Positions 40,444 to 52,600 of a stretch of 64,000 nucleotides of DNA are shown piece by piece. Made by a program: the position numbers and the translations under genes. The stretch is taken from positions 41,976,001-42,040,000 of the forward strand of contig NC_087251.1 of assembly GCF_037042905.1 (NCBI RefSeq). Reading direction: 5' to 3'. The notes under the pieces are model-generated. The model searched no databases. It was not told where the DNA came from and saw only the letters and a program-made list of their open reading frames with translations. Positions within the stretch are counted from its first letter, which is position 1. The number at the start of each line of letters is the position of its first letter. Origin of the DNA: Lytechinus pictus (lineage: Eukaryota).

Positions 40444-43400
40444 ATATCCTTTCTCATATTTCTTTTAACAAATTATAAAGTTAAGAAGGGGATGAGGAGG
40501 GGGGGGGGTGAAGTAACACCTGCTGAAATTATCATTGGTGTTATATGTATAATTTGTTTTTTCTTTTAAAAGAGCGGCCCACAACACTTACTTCCAAAAA
40601 GAGTAGTAGAAAATATTTTTTTGTATATTTCATATGAAAATGTTGTACATAATCAAACAAACCAAAAATTGCTTTAGCTGTCTTCTTTGTAAACAAATGG
40701 AAGTAAAGCAAAACATATTAGCACTTCGATTTGATATATCATTAAAGTTGACTACAGTAATTCAGTTTATTGACTACAGTAATTTGACCCTGGCAGTCCA
40801 GTGGGTGCTCAATCTATACGCTGTTATGTTTATTATGTGTTGTACTACACTGTACCAATTTCTTATACTTTTCATTGCCGAAATGAATAATGATGATAAA
40901 GTCACTATTACCCTAAGAGGAATCATATGCATATGTTATATTATTCAAGCTATTAGAATTTGCATCTTTTAAACATTTCGTTCATTGATAAATGATGAGA
41001 ATTGGAGAATTATAATTCACTACCAGGTAAACAGTGATTTATTAGTTATTTTGACAAATGGACCATCAATGATATAAATCCAACAAAATCTTTTTTTTTC
41101 TTTTACGTTTTGTACATTTCTTTGATTATGACGAGGATCCTGTCATTGTAAGAATCCTTTCAGCAGCCGCCATGTGACACATTTTATCTTGAAAATGAAA
41201 AGAAAGTCCATATCAGCCGTACATGCTATTCCTATTCTCTTAGAAGATGACAATCACCTGACGGTAATTATTTCCCAAATGATTACAAGCTGCCACGATG
41301 AGGCTTAATATCAACAGTTTCCACAAGAAATAAACATAATGGAAGTGAATTGGTCCCATCTGGATGTCATATTTGTTACTTTCTCTATCATTTCCCAATT
41401 TGTTCTTCCCACTTGATTAAAATTTTAATGTATGCGGTCATTTTCTTATTGTGATTGCTCCTCCTTCCTTTCCCACGACTTGCGGGCCGAACGTAACCAC
41501 CAAAAATAGAGATTCGAGACAAGATTCTTGACGGTCAGCCATGCAAAGGAAGTGAGTTGAGATCAATGTTTTGGATCTGGTATCTGGTAATGCTATCATT
41601 CAGGAAATTGCGTGCCAAGCAAACCAGTTAGAGTTACTCTCAAGACTCCTTTCAAGTAAGCACTCGGAAACCAACCAACAATATCATGTGATCGATCTTG
41701 GCCACATTGTTTCACTTGGAAAAAGAAAGCTGGTATTATTGTATCACTTCTCAGTCTTGACTCGACTTGACTGTTTTGGCATTGTAAACCCTTGTTAAGA
41801 TGGCCTTTAAGACATAGACAATGCACTCTGTCTTCACGTTTATTTTCACTTCATTCAAACACTTCCAAGAATAAAAATAAAATTCTCAAGGTTTATATCT
41901 CTGGAAAGGTTCCTAGTTTGATACTAGAAGTGATGAATGGAGAAATGGAAATCACATGTAACACTCATTTTGCAAGGAAAAATAAATTGCCTATATTTCT
42001 TCTATAGAAATAGTATTTCAATTTTATTCCACATCTCTTGAATGTCACAAACAACATATAAAAAACAGCACAGTTATATACAAGACTATAATCACCACAT
42101 AAATACATGTTTTACAAAATATGCCCCCAAAACAAAGAAAAACACAGTAAAGTCTAGCAAATGATGAACAAACATTCCCTGCAATATCTACTTTCTACCC
42201 AAGGGTTTTTCAGGAGTATAAATGGGAGCCCAACAACAGTCTAATCATTCTCAATGGTGTTTGAGATGTATGAATTCAAATTCTTTTTACTTTTTTATAT
42301 TATTAATTTTTTTTAATTGGGGGGGGGGGCTCAAAGTTTATAAATCATTGGGGAGCTTGCCATCCCTATTTTACTGAATCTGGTTAAAATTTAAACTTAG
42401 ACCATATTTATATTATCTTCTGGCTTATTATTGATATTTCTTTAGGTGTGTTTGCTCCTGAACTCTGACAGATTAATCCATATCTTTATTTCTCCTGATA
42501 TGCTCCCCCCTCCATATCTCTCCCTCTCTCTTTCATCCAATCTCTGTTCTTTCTCTCTCCATCTCTCTTTTTCCCTTTCTCTCTCATTCTCTCTCTTTCT
42601 TCATCTGTTTATATACTGTACCTACCTATCTATCTATCCATCTTTCCCTGTATTTCCCCTACTAGCTACCCATCTCCCTCTCTCTCTCTCACTCTCTTTC
42701 TCCCTTATCTCTCTGTCTGACTTTCATTTCCCTATGTCATTTCATTCCAGACAAGTTGATTTCATTCTCCCATGCTCTCTTTAGTGTATGTGTTGCTTAT
42801 TGGTCTCACCGCAGTCTCACTATACTCAGCTGAAATTGACGAAATAAAGTTTGAATTGATTCATAAATCTTGGCTGATATGATGATCACAGTCAGAGGGC
42901 AATGTACTTTCTCGTCGGCATTGCTTCATATTCTTTCCTTCAAATGCCAGTCTTTGACTCGCTGAACTTGTCGCCATACCTCAAAAAAAAATTATGAGGA
43001 GCCCTTTCTTATCTGGCCGCTGAGGGGTTTTAGGTCTTTTGTCTGATTTGGGGCCAAAGTATTTCTCAATTATTGTTCATATGCCCATCAAAGATTGAAA
43101 AGGCATTTTGTCCCCTGATTTCCTTAAGGATTCTTCTTGTTTTATGAAGCATGAGGGGTAATGTAGGGACATCACTATGCCTGATCAGTTGCTTACGCTT
43201 TAAGACTGCCTCAAGAAATGGAGGATAAAGTAGACGGAATGCCTTATTTGTCGCTCCTTTCACAGTGCTTCCAATTTCCATTTCCTTTCTATTTTCTTTT
43301 GCTGTGCAATCAATTGAAATTAATTCTTTTTCATTCTCTCATGATTTCAATGATTTACATTTCTTGGATGGAAGCAAAATTTCATAGTTCTTTAATGAAA

Positions 43401-46316
43401 ATATGAAGAAAAAAATCATCGTCTTTGAGTTGAGGGTCAGGGTTTGTATGAATGCATGTATGGAATTATTAGGAAGCTGGGAAATATGGGGGAAAGTAGA
43501 TGGTTCAATAAAACAAATTCGTGGGTGTTTTCTTGTTTCCCACCAGTAGGGCCGATGGTTCCATTATACAGTGATTATTTCTTTTAAGAATTGTGGCATT
43601 TTGAAAGGATTTCCTGAGTCTATGCATCATAATTCTTTCTATTTGACCAAAATCTTACTTGATTTCCATCAACTTTGGTACTTCTTCTGACCACAATATC
43701 ATTCTCTCTCTCACTCTTTAATTGTCACTCTGCTCATTGATATCTTCCACAAATGAAGATTGATTTTTATTGATGTTGCAAGAATACCATCAATCATAGC
43801 TTTCTTTGGATAACTGGATATTAATCTTACTTAGCCTTGGCTAAAGATGGTTTGATTGTGTCTATTCATAGAGGCAATGATTTGCCATAGAGAATAGAAA
43901 CAGTAACCAAGTTACTTATTAACCCTGTGGAGAAAGGAGAGAATAAGTTAACCTCAGCATCATGAGCAATTATTAGTAAATAATTCTTTCTTCTCAGTCA
44001 AAGAAGAGAGGAAGTAGTGGTTTTCTGTTGGTATCTCAAAAGACAAGGCATCTATCTCTTCAATATAGTGAATTGTTATTCCCAGTCTCATCTTTTGTGA
44101 TGCTCGGAAAGACCCATATAAACGACTCCCGGTTTTGTCCTATTCTCTTTCATTGGTTACAAAAATTGATTTGTTTTGTGGTAACAAGGCCATAGTTTTT
44201 TTTCCCAAGCTATTATGCCACTTTTCCTACATTTTGCTTTAGTGTCTTTCTCATAGAATAGAATCGTTCCTTTAGATGCTGATTTTGACTTCCCACCGAG
44301 AGCCTTTGTTAAGGTGGATCTCCATCATAACTCCAGATCGATGGAAGTATATATATATCTATATCTCATCGCCCTATTTTGTTTCTTCCCTAGAACGATT
44401 AATCTTTATGAAGAATGAACCCTGTGTGGTCATTCCCATTCAGACGTAGCCAAGCTTTGGGGGTAAACAGCTCTCTCTCTCTCCCACTACGTCCTTCTTC
44501 CACTTCAGTGCCGACGCCCATTCAAGATCAAACCCTCTGCCTTCATTTGGCTTATCTCATCCCAGGTTCTTGCACTTTTGCTGGGAGTCCCTTTCAAGAA
44601 GCCGCTTCATCCGTAACAGACTCAAACCCTTATTGTTGCTCGTACCTAGAAGCCGAAGCACAGCTTGAGGATCAGGGTGGGACTTTATGCGACATGTTAT
44701 TCTTGATGAGACTTTGGCATTGGCCGGTTCTACATGGCTAGCCAGCCATCGTCCCCCCATTCAAACCCTCCGCCACTTGCCTCTTCCTCCACCATACCCC
44801 CAGAAAAAGAAAAAAAAATTGTCAGGTTTCCATTTTAAATATCCAATCATCTTTTCATTGTTTGCTTGTAGATTAGAAAGCCCCAAGACTATGACGGAGA
44901 ACAATTGACAGGAAGATTTTCCCTTGTTTGGTGTGATGGGGTCCCCCGAGCTCCTCTAAATGTTTCATTTCTGAACTTCACCAAATTGATGTCGGGGAGT
45001 ACATGCTCTTTTTCTTCATTAAATGATCAAAAATGAAGGATATGTGAGAGGCCATGCATGACCCCTGTGATTAGACTAATTGATAGCAAGCGTCGAAAAG
45101 TAACGACAAGTCTGTTCTGCCGGTGTGCCGCAAATCACCTCTCTTCTCCCATCATATTTCCGCTAAATTTCCATCATTATCATTACACTCTGATTAATTT
45201 CCTCTCTTTCTCTTTCCCCCTCTCTCTCTCTCTCTCTTTTATTTCTAGCCATCTTCTCTCTATACGTATTTAGCACAAAGAACGTCATGTACAAAAGATT
45301 ACGTTGTTTGCTGTGTAATCTTGTACTTGCCGTGAGAGTGTATCTCTTTTTTTGTTCTTTTATCTTCCTTTCATCTCCCTAACTCTGTAAATCTCACGGA
45401 CCAAGTCAATATGAGGCTTAACTTGTTTTGTAGTTCCTTCCCCAAGTCTGTCTAAGTCCCTTATCATATTTTTTTGAAGAAACTCTGGGTGAATAGAAAC
45501 GCATCCAAATGCAGAGTAAACCGTGCATTCTTCCATACAAAGAAAATCATAAAGCAAACATAAGAATCTTATTCATTGGCTTTGAGTTGGCATATAGCGT
45601 GAGATATTCTCTTTTTGCCCGAAGGCTGCTCAGCAGTGCAAGAAAAGGTGTAAACACGTAATGTGTAGAGGAGACCAAGGATGAAAATGGCCTTGGATAT
45701 CTTGCCACCAAAACTGGCACGAATAGAAAAGCCTTCTTTTCATACCAGTCCACCATGTCTTTTTTGTAAGAAAATAGTTTCTGCTTGGTCATGTTTTATT
45801 GCATCTGCTACCATCTTTTATCAGTACGCCATTATTGGTGTTGCTTATTTTTTCTTAGTTCTTCCTATTTGTTGACAGATTTACAAAATATTTGTCTGTC
45901 CCGGGATAGTTTTTTTTAGTAATTCCTTGAAATATGGAATATTTTGGGGTGTTTTTTTTTGTTTGGATTCATTTGCTTGATTCATTTAGAGGCCCTTTAA
46001 GGAACAAGATTAATTGCATGACTAAATGTAAAAAGATATCTGAGTGAACTCCAGACAATGCATTAAAACTGCTTGTTTGATTTTATTGCATTTATATACT
46101 TTCTTGATGACCCAAAATATAGGAATCTCATTTATTCCATCAAATGATGCAACTCTTGCAAATAATTTCAAAGAGAAAATAAAATTGTCATTGACTCTTA
46201 TATCATACTTCCCTCCCAAAGTGGTAGTATTTTCTTGAATGTATCAGCATGATTAACATGTTTACACATGTGGATATGAAATGCAATATAATGTATTTAC
46301 CTTAACTGACCAATAC
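40444..46316 (+). other. U12-type (minor spliceosome) AT-AC intron of Prox1
   Basis: 5' end ATATCCTTT (40444-40452) is the U12 donor consensus. Branch site TACCTTAAC (46298-46306) lies 10 nt upstream of TAC| (AC at 46315-46316). There is no pyrimidine tract and no AG in the last ~69 nt. The phase-0 join keeps the frame (...[12 protein letters not shown]...). Confidence 0.93.
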
Positions 46317-46622
46317 TCGATAACTTGTACCCTGACACCGACCCACCTGCGGAAGGCCAAGCTCATGTTCTTCTTCGTCCGCTACCCAAGCTCTGCTCTT
46401 CTGCGTCAACATTTCCCAGACGTCAAGTTCAACCGTCACAACACCTCCCAGATCATCAAGTGGTTCAGTAACTTCAGAGAATTCTATTACATTCAGATGG
46501 AGAAGTTTGCCCGTCAGGCCGTCAGTGATGGTGTAGAGAGCACTGAAGATCTTAAGGTGACCCGGGATTCAGAGCTTTACCGGGCCCTCAATCTCCACTA
46601 CAACAAGAGCAATGAATTTACA
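46317..46622 (+). CDS. Prox1: Prox1/prospero coding exon 3 (atypical homeodomain and start of Prospero domain)
   Basis: [68 protein letters not shown]...[17 protein letters not shown] is the diagnostic homeo-prospero sequence. Donor ACA|GTAAGT at 46623, phase 0. Confidence 0.97.
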
Positions 46623-49600
46623 GTAAGTCCATTTTCAATGTTTTCTCTCATTAAAGAAAATGAATACATTCACATTTGAAACCGATGAACTGTTTATTCA
46701 TAGATTAACTTTTTTATTTTATAGCTACTCTTCAGCATCTATAAAAATCCCAGAATTAAGAAATGTTTGAGAAAATGAAGGAAAATGAATATTCATTGCA
46801 TTTTTTGGCCTAATTTTCTTGGAAATAAAAAAGCTTCTTTATGAGTAAATGGCAATTTGGCATATTTATGATAGACTTATTGACAAAAAAATGTTTTATT
46901 TCTTTGCTTATTTATTTGTTGTTCTGCTATATTGACTTGAAAGACGAGTGTGGGTGTTTGTGGAATTTATTTCACAAAACAACCCCCGGCACATCTATTT
47001 TCAGGATTTAGATATATCTATTATTCACAAGTGTGAAGAAAGCAGACAAAGTGGTGTTTCGGTCCTGTATGCATGTCATTTGCTTTGAAAACAAAAATCA
47101 ATCTATTCTTCTCTTGATTAATGTTTTTCATTATTTGAGAATGATTTGTCTTTGAACATATTGGTCAAATTTTCCAACAAATATAATATTCTATATACAA
47201 GTAAATGTCAACAATTAATAAGGAACGTTGTTTTTTTTTTTTTTTTTTTTTAAGAAAGAAAAGAGATTAAGTTCCCACTGTCCCTTTTAGATCGAAAATT
47301 CTGTGGTAATTTCTCAAATTGTTCGTAACTAATCAATGATGGAAGAAATGATATACCCTGTCCTCGTTATATTTGAACTGATCTGTTTACGGAAGGACAT
47401 TCCTTAACCAGCAGTAAGGAAAATAGGTTTTTATCAATAAAAAATGAGAATCAATCTTCCATGACCATTGTCAGCCACTGAAACTTAATTTGAAAGGACT
47501 TGAATATTTACTTTAACTTGTTGACGTGACTATTCAGCCGAACAAGGCTAAGATGAGAAAGATGCTTCCGTGAATGATATTCTTAATCTGTCTCTTGTTT
47601 TTGTGTATTTTTGGTTTATTCATCGATTGTTTGGCAGTTTCTGGCTGATATGTTTGTTTCTGTTAATGATGACTAAGTGTATCTTCTCCAATTGAAAACC
47701 CAGATCTTTAAACCGCATTGGTAGGCTGCATTGTCCATCACATCCATATTTAATGACGATTGCTGTTTGTTTTGATGGTGTTGTCATCTTTGTTTAAGCA
47801 TTTCATACATGTACCATGACATGACACATCTGTGTGCACATGAAAATGAGAGTGACTTCGTGCATGTCTCAATTTTCATGATTTGATAAATAAACATACT
47901 TGATAAATCAACATACTTATATATTTGATGTATAAACCTACTTATGTCTCGTCATGTACTGTAACATCTAATATTGGATACTCTTCTGAGAAAGGGTGCA
48001 GATTTCTTAATCCTTATTCCAATTTTTCATAGTTTTTACAACCTAAGTGTCTTGAAATCGAACTACTTTGCACTATACAAAAGTATGCTTATTGTTTTGT
48101 TGATAGAAAAGAGGCTGTTGCCAAAAAGTTCATGGTTGACAGCATGCCCCAGTTATCTTACAAATGCTGATCACTGATATTGTGTTTGTTTGTTTATTTG
48201 TTTGTTTATTCAAGTTGCTCTCATAAAGCCTTTATAACCTTAACTTTGACGCTATGAATAACTCTTTAATGAACATGGAAGTGACCATGAATTCTTGAAT
48301 AATGAAACAGCAAGATTTATAGCATTCATTGTGCAATTACCCTGGAACTATCCCAAATATTAAAAAAAACAGTAATATCTTGGAAATAAGTACTGAAGGT
48401 ATTCCTGTCATTAACAATACTTTACTTAATCTCTTTCCTGTCATTTGGAATATTGTTTCAATATAATCATGCCATCATACTGTCCTTTCTTGTCAAATAA
48501 TAATGGTCTATGAATAAAGTAATTTATTTACCTGCACTTAAAATCATAATCTCAATGCTCAACCCTCTTTTCAAAGAAGACGGAGCTGTGTTTTTAAAGG
48601 AAACAATTGCAAAAGACTGTCGATCTTAGGTTCAAAGTGCTTCACAAAATAATAGGCTGTAATCTGAATAAGGGTAATGTTGATAATCAATCGATCAATC
48701 GATGTGAAAAATAATTGATGAATTAATGAATACATGCTAATATCTCCTGGGAGTTAAGATACGATTCATTCCTACCATTATTACAAAGATAATCAATATT
48801 CTCCATTTCAGTGCTTGTTATCTGAGAAGTGATTAGAATCTTAGCTGTGTTAAGTCATCCATATATCTTTCATAGATATGAAACTTTAAAGTATGAATAA
48901 TTAGATTACATCTCAGCAAGTTCTCTTGAGAACTGGATCCAAAACGGGTTCTTGACGTTTTCTTTGGAACGAACATGTCTGCTGCCCTCTTTTTCCTTTG
49001 TGTAACGGCTTGTAAATCCTGAATTAGTAAAGGAAGGAAGGTATCTCATAGAGCATTTCCCACTTAGGTTAGATGGGCAATAATAGTGCATTGCACTATG
49101 GTCAGCTGATCATTGCTAGGTGAATATCAATGGACAAAAATATACACAAATCATGCTTCTTTGCATCTGTGGGTTGGTGAAGATTTAAATTCCAGAAATT
49201 GTATGTTTGGTCTGTCATTTTGATCAATCTACGACTGTTCAATCAATATATTCATATTTAACAATATCTTTGTTGATTTCCTTACACTATATTGGTCCAT
49301 CTCCATTTTAGTAAATCTGTTTCCCTTTTATTTGTATCTCCTTTCATATTCCCCTCTGTCCCTGCCCCCCCCCCCCCCCTTGCTTGCTCTCTCTCTCTCT
49401 ATATTCCCTAATTCATCTTGTTATTTTGGTATTTTAGCTCTCAATTTGTATATGTTTCTCATTATCTGTTTTTCTTTTCTTCAAATTTCCCTCTAATCCC
49501 AATCCATCCTTATGGTCATCAGCCTTGTTTAAAGAATAGATGCTCCTCATGACTTGTTTTTTTTATTTATGTTTTTACCAATTCAATCTTCGATAATACT

Positions 49601-52600
49601 TTCTCAGTACTTTGTCATTCACGTAATCTGGGACACCAACTACACAGTCATGAATGAATAAAAATTCCTCGGTCCGATGTTAATGTCCTCATCTTTACAT
49701 GCTTCCCAAATTGATGCCGCGGAAACGAGAAAAAGGAGAGGGGGGAAAAAACACAAAAAGTTGGTTATCTTGAATTCCTTCCGAAAAAAGTACAATGACA
49801 TTTCATTCCAATGGATGTTATGATCAAGACAATTACCCACCCCATTACTTTATTCTACTTTTCAGCCAATGAGCAGCTCACTCATATTCTGTCATTTTCT
49901 TGACAGAGAGGGTCCATAAAGCAGGAATTTTTCTTAATCATTAGCTCCTAGTCTTTGTGAAAATCATATATAGGTTGATTACACTATTGCTGGGTGTTCA
50001 GGTAGCCCTATCTGCCAATAAGAAGGAAAAAAAATCTAATTTTCTTCCCAAATTGCGTGTCATTGGCAAGGACATTGCCTTCTGTACTATTCAGAAGCCA
50101 AAGAAAAGGAAACAAAAATAGCATTTTCTTGCTCTCTGTATCTACCTGGCCTTTTCATCAGTGGAAGTGCGTGTTTTGTGTCAAGAAAAAGAAACAGAAA
50201 TAACTAATGGGATATATGTCAGTGAGAGGAAGATACCTATTTGGAATATATCTTTTCACTTTACTCCATCATTAAAACAAAGTTTCCTGAATCAATGATA
50301 CTCTGACCTTGCTTGCGTATTATCCTTTCCGAAAAGAAATTAGAAGACTCTAGTTTTTCACTCTTGCTAGAGCTGTACTCAAAATAAACAATTGGTAACA
50401 AATTATTGTCCACATAGGAAGCTGTAATGATGAATTCTAATTGGCTTGCCATTTCTATTATCAGCAGGCATCATATTTTCATGCTTTTTTAACTTATTTT
50501 TTTTTTAAAGTAATAAGAAATTTCATACCAGTTTCTTTTTCAAACTATTAATTAAGATTTTGGTTTCTTGACTTTCAACTAAAAAATTGGTTGAAAGTAA
50601 TGACAGTAATAATAATTATATTTGTATTTTTAGGTATAGGTATAGGTAAAAAGTAGGGCTGATAAAGTATATTATCCAATAACTTTTATATTAATTCCAT
50701 TATAATTATCTATGATTTGATGAGATGATTGGGATAAAATAACCATCCTGAATTAAAAAATTGATACCCGGATGTTGTTGAGAAAGAATTTCTGGTTCTT
50801 AATTCTACTTGCTAGGTGTTAACTGGCATTACATTAATATGCTCTTTAAATGATTGTGTGTTTCAAGATTATGTAAGTTTTGCTTTGTACCATATGATAC
50901 AAAGGACTCTTTCCCTTTAGTATTGAATATTTCAGGTTAAGAAGGAACCACCTTAAACTTTATTTGGTACTCTTTCAGGCTGATTTGAACTTTTTTTAAA
51001 TCAATCTTTAAGTTTGCCACTCTTTCTCTACCTCTTTTTTTTTGACATCAGAAGGAGAGGGAGTCTGTTGCTTGTCTAAGAATCCTGAAGGTTTCTTGAT
51101 GTATCCTTGACAAGTGGACAGTTCATATCAGAGTAAGATAGGTCCAATTAATAATGATAGTTGACTCATAATTTCCATGGTCAGTCAGATACTTTGAAGA
51201 AAGTACAAAGAAAGGTGTCTTCACAGATTAAAGAGGAAGTGACACCGATTTTGCTGAGAAAGAAAAGGATCTGTGTTTATGTTTCCTTCTTATCCTCATT
51301 CTTATGTCACCACTTCCTTGTCCATGGAAGTAAAAACAAGATACAATTTAATGGTAAATACATTTCCTGATAAGAGTATCCACTTCGATTTGCTTGGTCA
51401 TGATGATTAGAAGAATGTAAATTGAGAAAAATAAGACTGGCAGACATACAATTATTGCTTGGCATAGATATCTGTTTTTGCGAGAGAAAAAATGGATTAG
51501 CAAAAAAATGTCTTGTTTCTTACGGGATTTGAAGATAATCTGTAACAGATAGGATTTCTTCTCAGGAAGGATGTTGAGTTGATTGAATGAGTTCTGTGTA
51601 TCAGTTTTAAAGAGAAAAACATCAGGTCAAGTATTATTTCCTAAGTTGAAATGACATTTTTTGTTCTCTTAAACAAGCGACATTACTGTTTGAAAGGAAA
51701 TCAAAGAAAGTAAATAGATAGATAAGATACAAAAGAGGTTTCATCTGGAGTCTTTTATTCCTAGCAATGTCAAGAGAGATGATGGTAAAAAGAGATTGAG
51801 AGTAATTAATCATTCTAATTGGTGTCCTTGATGATACCGTATACTTGCATCACCTTCATCCATCCTTGTCCACTCCCACAGTCGGGCTTCCTCTAGACCC
51901 TAACTGCCCATGCTCAGAGCATCTCACAGAAAGCATACTCACTGCTCTCCTTCCACCCCACCCTACCCCACAGCATCACCAATCAACATTGTCCCAGGTA
52001 ATTGGAGGTGGCACAAACTTGCCACAAGGTTGATTGGTAAAGACTTGGCCGGCCCCCAGACCCAGTTAAGGTGTTAGTGGCATTGTGTGTCTCATGGTGA
52101 TCTTGATTCAATTTCTGAAGTGTGGTGAACCAGCTGCTATTGTCACACCTCCCTCATCAGATCATATTGGCCCGGACCCTCGGCCGTTTTTTCCGTCTCG
52201 TCCCCGTCCTCATGATATTTTCTAGGGTTGGCCATGTCAGACCTCCCCCATCACTCACCGATTCTTACACCTCCAAGAGGCTTGGTTCACCGGTACTTTT
52301 CCTTATGAGAAAACCATCCCCGGGTTAACATGGGTGACGGGTATTCATACCGACCATTCTCCAGCCCGATGGCTTTGATGATGGGTGCCCTTAACAGCAG
52401 ACCATCTTTCACTCGGCCTGGCATACAATAAGACATGACAGATTACTCTTGAATCTAATTGCTGCGTCCAGCTCCCTTGCATAGCTCTCCCAACAAGCTG
52501 GGTGTGTAACAATTGAGAGCCTCCAACGTGTGACTGAGTCAAGGTTGTATTTGTTAATGGGGGTAATAAAAGAAATAAACAAGTATAAAGAATATGGGGA

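Noticed and set aside
46248..46316. Drosophila-type twintron U2 acceptor, or ORF start at ATG 46281
   Set aside because: There is no AG between 46248 and 46316, and the AG at 46247 leads to an in-frame TAA. The [12 protein letters not shown] prefix is intronic sequence covering the U12 branch site.
29362..51110. Other RTATCCTT motifs (about 29363, 39055 and 51101) as additional U12 donors
   Set aside because: They are not at the end of any supported exon, and I identified no paired branch site or acceptor.
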